The translations under genes and the position numbers were made by a program. From an uncultured Iamiaceae bacterium (GTDB lineage: Bacteria; Actinomycetota; Acidimicrobiia; Acidimicrobiales; SKKL01): a DNA stretch of 64,000 nucleotides. The stretch lies in the NCBI GenBank assembly GCA_964494405.1, contig CAZBTQ010000001.1, forward strand, positions 23,510-87,509. The letters run 5' to 3'. Shown here in pieces: positions 29,286 to 37,702 of this stretch (position 1 is its first letter; every line of letters starts with the position of its first letter). The notes beneath the pieces were generated by a model. It saw nothing but the letters and a program-made list of their open reading frames with translations, did no database searches and had not been told where the DNA came from.

Positions 29286-29295
29286 GTTACTACTT
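29286..29295 (+). promoter_or_regulatory. Putative late promoter GTTACTACTT upstream of sheath gene
   Basis: Recurrent motif in an AT-rich intergenic region. Confidence 0.5.
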
Positions 29296-29360
29296 GGATA
29301 GACTATTACTGTACCAATATTTAATAGGTAAACTTAATCTTACACGGAGGTTTTACTAAG

Positions 29361-30632
29361 TTGGCACTTCCCGGCGTTTATACCACAATTAAAGACCGCT
29401 TTTACGCCTTATCACGCACCAATATTCCTATTGGTACTAAAATTGTTGTTTTGGCTAGACGAAGCACAAGGGATGGCACCGATGGCGTGCGGAACCTTGA
29501 CCCTTATAACCTTCAAGACGAAAGAGCGGTAATTAACGCTTTCGGTGATGGTTCTGAAGTCCATAGAGCATTTTTGGAGCTCCTATCCGCAGGCGCACCT
29601 CGTGTAACAGTTGTAGCCCTGTCAAAGGATACTACATTCGATTACACTACTGGAACAATCAGCTACGAACAGGACCCCCTTGATACAGGGACCTACGATC
29701 CTGAGTGGACTGGTACAGATGATGAACTCTGGGATGCGGCGTTTGCAGCCGTTGAATCGGCAGACCCTGACATTATTCTTCCTTACGGTCGCGGCTCCCA
29801 TCCTTCAGAATGGCAGAGCCCAGCTACTCCGTCTGATGACCCTGAAGATTTTGGCTTTATCGCAGATAACTCATCTGTTTCTAGCAATTCATTTGCTGTT
29901 AAAGTGGCTAACAAGGCCGCCGCAATTACATCTCAGACACACCCCTGCATTGCAATTATGGGTGTAAAACCCTTTGTCGGCACCTCTGAATCCTTAACGC
30001 CAGCTGAGGCATCGCTTCATTCGACCCTCCCCGATTTGGTCGACAGAGAGGCTATGCCTGAAAACGGGATCTATCTGGTAGTCGTTCAGGGCGAGCTACG
30101 CCATGTAGGGTACCCCGCAGCTTATGGTTTCTCTAATGCGGCTACCGCCATGGCCGGGACGCTGTCAGAGCTGGACTCCTGGTCTTCTCCGACCGGTAAA
30201 ACAATGTTTAATATTGCTTCTATTCGATATAACGCATCTGCCGCGACAAAAGAAGCTGTAATCGAAAAAGGTGTCAGCCCTGTCGGCCTTAATATCCGTA
30301 GACAACCAACCTGGATAGATAGTCAGACGTTCTCCAAGACAGGTTCCGACTACAACAGAATTACCACAACACGCATTGTTCACGACGCAGTTAATCTGGT
30401 TCGTCAGGTTGCTCAACGATATGTGGGTGAAGCTTCAACGCTTGAAACCCGTAACTCACTTGACACATCAATCACCGCTGGCCTAAAAGGCATGCAACAG
30501 CAAGGTGCATTGCTAGCAAGCGACTTTGTCATCACCTATGACCCCTCAGGCAATAAAGCTATTATCGACATGATTTTAACTCCGGCCTTTGAGATCAGAA
30601 CAATTGATGTTCGTGTAAGCGTTCAATTCTAA
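29361..30632 (+). CDS. Tail sheath protein
   Basis: GGAGG RBS and TTG start; MALPGVY N-terminus; TTRIVHDAVNLVRQVAQRYVGE...LTPAFEIRTIDVRV sheath C-terminal domain. Confidence 0.85.
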   Translation: MALPGVYTTIKDRFYALSRTNIPIGTKIVVLARRSTRDGTDGVRNLDPYNLQDERAVINAFGDGSEVHRAFLELLSAGAPRVTVVALSKDTTFDYTTGTISYEQDPLDTGTYDPEWTGTDDELWDAAFAAVESADPDIILPYGRGSHPSEWQSPATPSDDPEDFGFIADNSSVSSNSFAVKVANKAAAITSQTHPCIAIMGVKPFVGTSESLTPAEASLHSTLPDLVDREAMPENGIYLVVVQGELRHVGYPAAYGFSNAATAMAGTLSELDSWSSPTGKTMFNIASIRYNASAATKEAVIEKGVSPVGLNIRRQPTWIDSQTFSKTGSDYNRITTTRIVHDAVNLVRQVAQRYVGEASTLETRNSLDTSITAGLKGMQQQGALLASDFVITYDPSGNKAIIDMILTPAFEIRTIDVRVSVQF

Positions 30633-30669
30633 AATCGCGTTGCCAGCGAGACGTCTTAATGACGTCAAG

Positions 30670-30712
30670 AACAAGCCCCCGGTATCTCACGATCGGGGGC
30701 TTGTTTTATTTT
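30670..30712 (+). terminator. Rho-independent terminator after sheath gene
   Basis: AACAAGCCCCCG / CGGGGGCTTGTT stem followed by TTATTTT. Confidence 0.8.
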
Positions 30713-30720
30713 GGGGGAAG

Positions 30721-30730
30721 GTTACTACTC
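30721..30730 (+). promoter_or_regulatory. Putative late promoter GTTACTACTC for tail tube gene
   Basis: Recurrent motif immediately after a terminator. Confidence 0.5.
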
Positions 30731-30776
30731 TAAATGGATGCATTCTGGAATTAGAATGCGGAAAGAGAGAAAACAT

Positions 30777-33700
30777 ATGGCACAAAACCCCTTGGTGAAC
30801 TCAGCCAGCCTTGGCAAGTTCACCGAAACGTACACCACGTTCTCTGGTGCAGATATTGTAGCGTCTTTTGCTGGCGTTGCAATCGGATCCCTCTCTGGGA
30901 TCACTTGGAGCGTGACACGAGAAAAGGCACCTGTTTAACTCAAACAAAAGTATAGGCAGGTGGGTAAACAACTCTGCTCAAATCGGCGAAAGGGAAACCC
31001 AACGCCGAGGGTAAGGCTCAACATTAGTTGAGAATCCCGTAACGACTCATCTATAATTAGGTGGAGCAGTTCATTCTAGGCTGAAAATGGTCAGCCATAA
31101 AAGAGGTAAGTACAAATGAATAAAGAGTTTGCCTGGTTTCTGGGTTTCTTGTTATCGGATGGTTGCATCACCAAACCTAAATATAGGAAAAAGGGTGATG
31201 AGACCCATCTACAATTCTGTATCAAGAATACAGACATCGATGTTCTGTATATGATCAAAAACATCCTTGGTACAGGGGCTGAGGTGAAGGAGTATCCGCA
31301 TTACAAGTCGCCACAAGCCAAACTTAGGATTTATGACCGTATGGATATCTGCAAAGACTATGCGGACATCAAAGCTAAGGTACCCTACATTCCGAAAGAG
31401 CATCTAAGGCACTTTCTCAGGGGTTTGGTTGACGGTGATGGATGCTTGTACCAGTCCAAAGATGGTAAGTTGGTAACCCAAACCTTCATTAATCAACATA
31501 AGCAAATTGTTGATTTTTTCATGCAGACACTGACGGACGAGTTAGCTTTACCGGCTAAGAACATTCGATGGGTTCATCAATCCAACTTATGGGATCTTAG
31601 GTTCTATGGCAAGGAAGCTAGGCTTGTCATGTGGTGGCTCTACCATGGAGATGTAGACGGATGCGTCTTGGAACGGAAGAGACAGAAATACTTGTCGATT
31701 ACCAACGCAAACCAAAACAATAGCTTGACAGAATTCATGACCGCCATCAACATAGAGTATTGGGGCAACCATATACACATGAACACCCCTGCAGGTAAAA
31801 CTCTAGAATGGTGTCATAGGGTTCAGCACATCACGAAACTCAAGTCAACCCCGGTCTTCCATAACAAGGGCAAGACCAAATACTATTCGTTGTACATACC
31901 GACTGCTAATACGCAGAGCCCCTCAGTTGAGGGTGAAGGCATAGTCTAAACTATCCATACTTATATGGATTTGTATACAATGGGTAACGCCAACCCTCGT
32001 TCATTCTCTAGAGGTAAATCTTTTGCCTCTTAATTAAGCTTAAAACGGTGAAAGCTAAGTCACTTGTGATATGCTAATACCGTGGGTAAGACTCAACTTA
32101 GTTGAGATCCCGTACAGACTTGTATGAAAGATAATGAATGAATTACAATTCCACCCTATTTGAAAGCGATAACGCTACCAAATTTTATCTAATAGGGTTT
32201 ATTCTAGCAGACGGTTTTATTTCTGAAGATCTCAAAAGGGTAACCATTGGTCTATCCGGCAAAGATCTTCCTTTCCTCAAGACCGTTCGTGATATCATTT
32301 GCCCCCAACAAAATATTAGGCTCTCTAAAAAGAGCTCCATAACAGGGGGTCCAAAGAAACACGATGTTGCAACTCTAGCAATCAACTCTAAGGAGTTTGT
32401 TGCTGAAGTAATGAAATACTGTAACACGCGCAAAAAGACAACTGATCTAATATTTCCTACCAATATCCCGGATGACTTTCTTCTTGACTTCATAAGAGGT
32501 TATTCAGATGGGGACGGAAATATATCAGTTAAAAAGGGCCAGAGAAAGACTAATGAGGGCATTAGTTACTATCACGGCCTGCGCTACAGAATATTAGGCA
32601 CAAGACAATTCTTGTTGGGATTAGATTTTAGCCTTAGAAGGCTAGAATTAGCTAGGAATAGCGTCAATCCTCACAAGAAAGATCAGAGCAACTGCTATTA
32701 TATTGAATACGGTTTCTCGTCCGCCCAAAGAATACTTGATGCAATATACAAAGATGCCACTCTTAAAATGGAACGTAAATATCAAGTATATAACTTTATC
32801 CGGAATGCAGATAGCAAACAATTAGCCGCAAATTATGGTTCACCAGACGGCCGCTATAACACGCTTAATCCTCCGAAGTCGGAGAAGAAGATATAGTCGG
32901 GTCCGCAAGGAAACTTGTAGGAAGTGATTTAAGAATCGCTTAACCAAAAAGAGGGATCGCAGGGTCAATGGTCTTTACGGTTTTTGACCGTCCAGGCCTA
33001 TACGCTATGATGGATAAATACTACGAAACGGGTCAAGCTAACTACTTTACTCGTTCGTCTAATATCCTTCCTGGGACAGATGCTACGAATAAACACCGAG
33101 GCATCCTACCCACTGATGAACAAACTGTAGACATCAGAGCAGCTATGCCCTACTACAGCGATCAAATTCCGCCTAAATCGTTGGGCCTCAGCAGTGCGAG
33201 CTGCTGAGCAAATTGTGTGAATTCGGTGGACGCCTAAGTCATTTTTTTATGATATGGTAATACCGAGCCAAGCCCATTAAGTGGGAAGGTGTAACGACTA
33301 AGGGTAAGTAAAAACATAAAACACACTTTAAAGGAGAATTCCTATCGTGTTTGATCTATCTGATAAAGAAATCAATTATAGTCTTTTTGGACTTCTTCTA
33401 GGCGATGCCTGGGTTCAAAATCGGGAACATCCAACTAGATCAAAACAGCTTGCAATGAGCCACAGTATGAAACAATCTAACTATGTTAAATGGTTAGAGG
33501 ACCTATTCAAGCACTGGGGTATCTACCGCACGAGTTATTATGGGCGAACGAAGATGGCTACATATGGCCCACTAGAACATTGTGGTGTTATTTGTGACAT
33601 TCCTGACATCAGACATTTCCTGAAGTTCAATCGTTTCTATAACGATGAAGGTAAGAAGATTATATCGAGCTATGTGATGCAACGCATAACCCCGTTAGGG

Positions 33701-35698
33701 TTATTATTTTGGTTTCTGGATGATGGTAATCTCACCGTCCAAAAACGAAAGTCGGAAGGTAAAAACCCCCTTTACGACGGATTTAAATACAGTAGATTTG
33801 CAACACTTAGCACCTATGGTTTCAATCAGACAGATCACGAAGTAGCTCAGTTTTATTTGAAACAGCGTTTCGATATAGAAGCAAAGATCCATAAATGGAA
33901 TCCAAGATCTAAACCGAATAGCTACCTGAAGCTTTATTTTTCAGCTACCAGTTTTCGCAAGTACTTTGATATTGTCAGACCATATCTGGATCTCATTCCA
34001 GATGATATGAAATATAAGTTTGACATGAAGTATAATTCACAGCGAAACACTGAAACAAGTTATGCTGACTACAACTTACCTCCAGCGCACGACATCTCAA
34101 TACGAGATGATGATATAGTCTAACCCCAAATTGAAAATACTACGAAAGTAGGGGTATCAGTGTTCGATGTCACAATCACCTTTAACAATCTAGTTACTAC
34201 CAATAACTAGCATCACCTACAAAGTTTTAATAATGCCAAGAGAGACCACCATCGAGGAAGCAACCAAGTTCTTAACTGAATATTATTCGGTTAATGGTTG
34301 CGCTCCACGATTAGTTGATTGGGTTACAAAGAACAACTTTCCTTGCAATAAGGAAAAGCTTCTAAGCATACTCAGTCCCAGGACTTACAATGATTTTTTA
34401 GAATCATTAGATATTCCCTTTTCCGTTCACGGGTCAAAGCACTTTAACAGACCTCTTATGTTAGAGGAGCTGCGATTCGCTGTTACTCGTGAACGAAGCT
34501 TCGATTACAATAATCTATCTAAATACTTAACTTATCATAGACGTTCTTATGTCAAGGTCTTTGGATCATTCAAAGGAGCTATGACACAAGCCGGTATAAC
34601 AAATAATCATCTCTTCTTGTTAAAGAACTATACCGATTATTCTATTGACCAAGATCCCGCTACCTTTGTTAAGCAAAAGGTAATCAAGGATTACACCGCC
34701 AAACATGACGAACTGATTATAAAATTCAATAAGGCCGTAGAGCAATCTAAATCACTGCTTAGATGCAACACACAAAAGTTTTTTTCAATCAGGTCCGCAT
34801 ATCAGCTGTTTGGATCCTACAATCTTTTGTTGATAGTTGCAGGCTACCAAATTGGCTCAGCTGGTATGCGTTTTAGGGCGAAGGATGGCCACATTTGTGA
34901 TTCACGAGAAGAAGCTATCTTAGATGACTTTTTACACGACAACGGTTTCTCCCACGAAAAAAACGTTAGGTACCCTAATTCCAAGATGACATGTGATTTT
35001 GTTGTTGGAACTTTATGGATAGAATATACAGGGTACGCTACAGTTGCTGGCCGAAAGTATCAAGCGAAGTTAGACAAGAAGAGAACAATTGTAAGTGATT
35101 TGAACGAAAGCTTTATTACTATACAAAACGTAGGTGATGCTAGTTTTCAACAACTAGCAGAGGCTATAGCTAGAAATAGTTATAGAAAATCCAACATAAT
35201 TGCTGGAAACTCCTTAGAGCTAATAGAACCACAGCAAAATTCGAAAGAATAAGTGTGATGGTTTGAAAATCTATTAGATTGGACAATCAGCAGCCAAGAA
35301 CCTAAAGCGCAAGTCATGGTTCGGGTTCAACGACCAAGGGGTGATTCCCTGTAGGATGGTTAGTTACATCCGAAACGTTGGACATCTTAACGAGTGGTGC
35401 CGAAGATGATGATATGGTCTATTCCGTAAGTTTTAAATATCTCGAAAGAGACGGTAGTAAAAGTGCGAACGAATACGGTCAGGCTGCAGTTAGATCAATC
35501 TATGGTGTTGAAATCCTCAACGAGGGTTCCGGCGCTTCCATGGACGATATTGTCATTGAGGAATCAATGACCTTCATCGCCCGTGAGCTTGGTCCAATGT
35601 ATGCAACTGGTCAACCTCGTGATGGTGTTACTGACTTCACTGGTTGGAGTTCTGATATTAACCCTGGCGTTTTTGGTGACGCCTATGTTAATGACTAA
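30777..35698 (+). CDS. Tail tube protein, spliced: join(30777..30935,31974..32015,32947..33174,34163..34182,35464..35698), 227 aa
   Basis: Joined exons give a continuous frame ...REKAPV|YTMGNANPRSFSRG|KRGIAGSMVFTVFDR...DQIPP|FDVTITF|ANEYG...EESMTFIAR, collinear with the intronless paralogue at 35812 (RPVRVLG...RGPRTIAGSMIF...LPPFDVVVSFANEYG); follows sheath gene. Confidence 0.9.
30936..31973 (+). mobile_element. Group I intron 1 of tail tube gene
   Basis: P1 CCUGUU/GGCAGG (30955-60); P10 GUAUA/UAUAC; P3 CUCUGC/GCAGAG; P4 UCGGCG/CGCCGA; P7 AACGACU (31041) with AUAGUCU (31941); terminal G 31973. Confidence 0.92.
31116..31949 (+). CDS. Intron-encoded LAGLIDADG homing endonuclease
   Basis: AWFLGFLLSDGCI and HFLRGLVDGDGCL double motif. 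Confidence 0.9.
   Translation: MNKEFAWFLGFLLSDGCITKPKYRKKGDETHLQFCIKNTDIDVLYMIKNILGTGAEVKEYPHYKSPQAKLRIYDRMDICKDYADIKAKVPYIPKEHLRHFLRGLVDGDGCLYQSKDGKLVTQTFINQHKQIVDFFMQTLTDELALPAKNIRWVHQSNLWDLRFYGKEARLVMWWLYHGDVDGCVLERKRQKYLSITNANQNNSLTEFMTAINIEYWGNHIHMNTPAGKTLEWCHRVQHITKLKSTPVFHNKGKTKYYSLYIPTANTQSPSVEGEGIV
32016..32946 (+). mobile_element. Group I intron 2 of tail tube gene (apparent terminal A)
   Basis: P1 AGAGGU/GCCUCU; P10 UCUUUU/AAAAGA; P3 UUAAGC/GCUUAA; P7 CAGACU (32115) with UAGUCG (32894); P9.0 GGU/ACC. Confidence 0.88.
32138..32896 (+). CDS. Intron-encoded LAGLIDADG homing endonuclease
   Basis: YLIGFILADGFI and DFIRGYSDGDGNI double motif. Confidence 0.9.
   Translation: MNYNSTLFESDNATKFYLIGFILADGFISEDLKRVTIGLSGKDLPFLKTVRDIICPQQNIRLSKKSSITGGPKKHDVATLAINSKEFVAEVMKYCNTRKKTTDLIFPTNIPDDFLLDFIRGYSDGDGNISVKKGQRKTNEGISYYHGLRYRILGTRQFLLGLDFSLRRLELARNSVNPHKKDQSNCYYIEYGFSSAQRILDAIYKDATLKMERKYQVYNFIRNADSKQLAANYGSPDGRYNTLNPPKSEKKI
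33175..34162 (+). mobile_element. Group I intron 3 of tail tube gene
   Basis: P1 GCCU/GGGC; P2 CUCAGCAG/CUGCUGAG; P4 UUCGGUG/UACCGAG; P7 AACGACUA with GAUAUAGUCU; terminal G 34162. Confidence 0.9.
33347..34123 (+). CDS. Intron-encoded LAGLIDADG_2-type homing endonuclease
   Basis: AAGGAG RBS and GTG start; LFGLLLGDAWV and ITPLGLLFWFLDDG motifs. Confidence 0.88.
   Translation: MFDLSDKEINYSLFGLLLGDAWVQNREHPTRSKQLAMSHSMKQSNYVKWLEDLFKHWGIYRTSYYGRTKMATYGPLEHCGVICDIPDIRHFLKFNRFYNDEGKKIISSYVMQRITPLGLLFWFLDDGNLTVQKRKSEGKNPLYDGFKYSRFATLSTYGFNQTDHEVAQFYLKQRFDIEAKIHKWNPRSKPNSYLKLYFSATSFRKYFDIVRPYLDLIPDDMKYKFDMKYNSQRNTETSYADYNLPPAHDISIRDDDIV
34205..35145. repeat. Perfect 16-bp inverted repeat bracketing most of the intron-4 ORF
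   Basis: AACTAGCATCACCTAC (34205-34220) and GTAGGTGATGCTAGTT (35130-35145). Confidence 0.9.
34233..35252 (+). CDS. Intron-encoded PD-(D/E)xK/Vsr-like endonuclease with N-terminal helical repeats
   Basis: CDSREEAILDDFL...YPNSKMTCDFVV..LWIEYTG; repeated FGSF/FGSY..A..AG helices. Confidence 0.75.
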   Translation: MPRETTIEEATKFLTEYYSVNGCAPRLVDWVTKNNFPCNKEKLLSILSPRTYNDFLESLDIPFSVHGSKHFNRPLMLEELRFAVTRERSFDYNNLSKYLTYHRRSYVKVFGSFKGAMTQAGITNNHLFLLKNYTDYSIDQDPATFVKQKVIKDYTAKHDELIIKFNKAVEQSKSLLRCNTQKFFSIRSAYQLFGSYNLLLIVAGYQIGSAGMRFRAKDGHICDSREEAILDDFLHDNGFSHEKNVRYPNSKMTCDFVVGTLWIEYTGYATVAGRKYQAKLDKKRTIVSDLNESFITIQNVGDASFQQLAEAIARNSYRKSNIIAGNSLELIEPQQNSKE

Positions 35699-35747
35699 AC
35701 CAAAGATAGTGATCTTCCTTTAGGGAGTTACTATTAACCAAAGAAGC

Positions 35748-35788
35748 GCCCTCGAAGTAGTAGATTGCTTCGGGGGCATTTCTTTTTC
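35748..35788 (+). terminator. Rho-independent terminator after tail tube gene
   Basis: GCCCTCGAAGTAG / TTGCTTCGGGGGC stem followed by ATTTCTTTTTC. Confidence 0.7.
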
Positions 35789-35811
35789 TCCTCCCCTTTT
35801 TTCCTTTATTT

Positions 35812-36399
35812 ATGGCACCAGTAGATCCACTTTTCCAATCATCTAGAACAGCGTCTTTTCCTGTACGTCAGGGCCAGACCTCCAAATACACCAGTAACGG
35901 AGTTGTATCTTCTCAACCTCAGTATGTTTCTACTGAGGCTAGATACAATAGTTATTCTGGGGTGGATATTGTTGCGACCATTTTGGTTCCTTGTGAAGAG
36001 AAGCCTTTGATTTTAGGGGAACTTAGCACCCTATCTTATTCTACTCACCGAGAGAATAGGCCGGTTAGGGTTTTGGGGCGGACAAATGTTGCTGGCTGGA
36101 CCCGGGGGCCACGCACTATCGCAGGATCAATGATTTTTACAAACTTCGATGAGTACACTTTTTACCGTTTGAAAAAGTGGCAAAGAGTTGTTAACTCGGG
36201 AATGTTCCCTCTGGCAGACATGCTACCCCCATTTGATGTAGTAGTGAGTTTCGCCAACGAGTATGGTCTAGCCTCCAAGTTGCGTATTTATGGGTGTAAT
36301 ATAGTAGACGAAGGCTCTACAATGTCGGTAGACGATCTTGTCACAGAGACTACAATGACCTACATGGCTCGTGGGCTTCAACCTATGATGAGGGTTTAG
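35812..36399 (+). CDS. Tail tube paralogue 2 (intronless)
   Basis: SYSGVDIVA...RGPRTIAGSMIFTNFD...LPPFDVVVSFANEYG...TMTYMAR aligns with spliced tube protein. Confidence 0.8.
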   Translation: MAPVDPLFQSSRTASFPVRQGQTSKYTSNGVVSSQPQYVSTEARYNSYSGVDIVATILVPCEEKPLILGELSTLSYSTHRENRPVRVLGRTNVAGWTRGPRTIAGSMIFTNFDEYTFYRLKKWQRVVNSGMFPLADMLPPFDVVVSFANEYGLASKLRIYGCNIVDEGSTMSVDDLVTETTMTYMARGLQPMMRV

Positions 36400-36401
36400 A
36401 G

Positions 36402-37172
36402 ATGGCTAAGTTATATTCAGATCCTATTGCGGTTTTAAATAAAGATATTGATTTAAAGTGGGCAACACAAATCCATGCCAGAACTCTTCAAAGCTATTTT
36501 GATTATTTCTATACTGGGCAGGATGTCAAAGTCTTTATTGAGGGCGCTGAATCCCCCGACAATATGAACAACATGCCGATAATGAACTTCGCTTACTCAG
36601 TGGAGCAGCGCAAAGTTCCCGTTTACGGACATGCTTCAACAACTTATGATGCAGTAATGCGTGGAAACCGACTTGTAACTGGGGCTTTTACGATTGCCAC
36701 AACCAAGGCCAACTATATGACGGATATGCTGTCTTGGGCGGCAAGTGCGCGCTTTGAGATGTACAAGGACGGAACACAAATTGCCCCCTTGAAACAAGAT
36801 CTAGTCAACATGGAACGGTATTGGACGATCAATACAGACAACGCCCTATCTCCTGGTGGCTATAAAAACATCTTCAGCTCACATCCACCTTTCAACTTCA
36901 TTATTGTGATTGGACTCCAACCAGACTCTGGTAGTATAATTGGGTTCCAAGATGGGATGGACTGTGATTCTGTGGCGGCGATGTATCCCATTGATGCTGT
37001 CTTGTCCCAAGATATCAACGAACGCCTTTTGGATTCCGATCCAGAAGGAGAAAACAGAAGAGTAATTCAAAACGTTGAATTAGTAAAGCTGGATCAAAAC
37101 TTCTCTGTTGATGGAGAGGTTCTAGCTGAAACATATTCGTTCTTTGCAAGAGACGAATTCCCATTAACTTAA
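36402..37172 (+). CDS. Tail tube-like protein 3 (possible tube initiator)
   Basis: YTGQDV, KVPVYG...MRGNRLVTGAFTI, HPPFNF, ETYSFFARD correspond to tube motifs. Confidence 0.65.
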   Translation: MAKLYSDPIAVLNKDIDLKWATQIHARTLQSYFDYFYTGQDVKVFIEGAESPDNMNNMPIMNFAYSVEQRKVPVYGHASTTYDAVMRGNRLVTGAFTIATTKANYMTDMLSWAASARFEMYKDGTQIAPLKQDLVNMERYWTINTDNALSPGGYKNIFSSHPPFNFIIVIGLQPDSGSIIGFQDGMDCDSVAAMYPIDAVLSQDINERLLDSDPEGENRRVIQNVELVKLDQNFSVDGEVLAETYSFFARDEFPLT

Positions 37173-37190
37173 AAATGTTCAAGGAGTAAG

Positions 37191-37694
37191 ATGTCTGAAG
37201 AGACCGAAGTCAAAGAAGTTAAAGAAGTCGAAGAGGTTGAAGAAGAGACCGATCTTGACGAGTCAGGTATGGATGACGCGGAAGAACTAAATCCCGCAAG
37301 AACCCTAGAAGAAATGGAAGATGACTCAGAGGAGCTCTGGCCTGATGGCCCCACTGTGGGTCAAATGAAAGCTTGGAAAACTGAATTCGGAAAGATATAC
37401 GTCACATCAATAGATGCCGAGACACATGTTGTCTGGCGTCCGCTGCAACGTACCGAGTATCGTGCTCATATTCGTAAGATGGAAAAAGTCAATGAAGCAG
37501 GGAAGCTGAGTCAGGCTGAAGCAACGCTACTTCACGAAGAGCAGCTGACTAGTGTTGTAATGCTATTTCCTGAGCTGGATTTCACCAACCCTTCCACAAA
37601 CCTTGCCGGAGCCTTGGCTGGGACACCCTCTCTAATTGCTCAGAACGTAATGGAAGTTTCTGGCTTCGTAGCCATGGATGTTAAAGAACTATAG
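37191..37694 (+). CDS. Tail assembly chaperone
   Basis: AAGGAG RBS; WKTEFGKIY...VVWRPLQRTEY; position before tape measure. Confidence 0.65.
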   Translation: MSEETEVKEVKEVEEVEEETDLDESGMDDAEELNPARTLEEMEDDSEELWPDGPTVGQMKAWKTEFGKIYVTSIDAETHVVWRPLQRTEYRAHIRKMEKVNEAGKLSQAEATLLHEEQLTSVVMLFPELDFTNPSTNLAGALAGTPSLIAQNVMEVSGFVAMDVKEL

Positions 37695-37702
37695 GTCTAT
37701 AA

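Larger units (their letters stand above)
34183..35463 (+). mobile_element. Group I intron 4 of tail tube gene (ORF in P1 loop)
   Basis: P1 CCUU/GAGG (35160-63); P10 GCA/UGC; P3 CCAAC/GUUGG; P4 UUGCUG/CAGCAG; P7 AACGACCA with GAUAUGGUCU; terminal G 35463. Confidence 0.9.

Noticed and set aside
30711-35698. ORF-track entries 30711..30938, 32968..33207 and 35378..35698 as independent small genes or a decayed pseudogene
   Set aside because: They are exon fragments plus intron read-through; splicing restores one intact 227-aa tube protein.
35706-35735. GTTACTATT as another late promoter
   Set aside because: It forms the 3' arm of a hairpin (ATAGTGAT...TTACTAT) and lies just upstream of a terminator, so a promoter role is doubtful.
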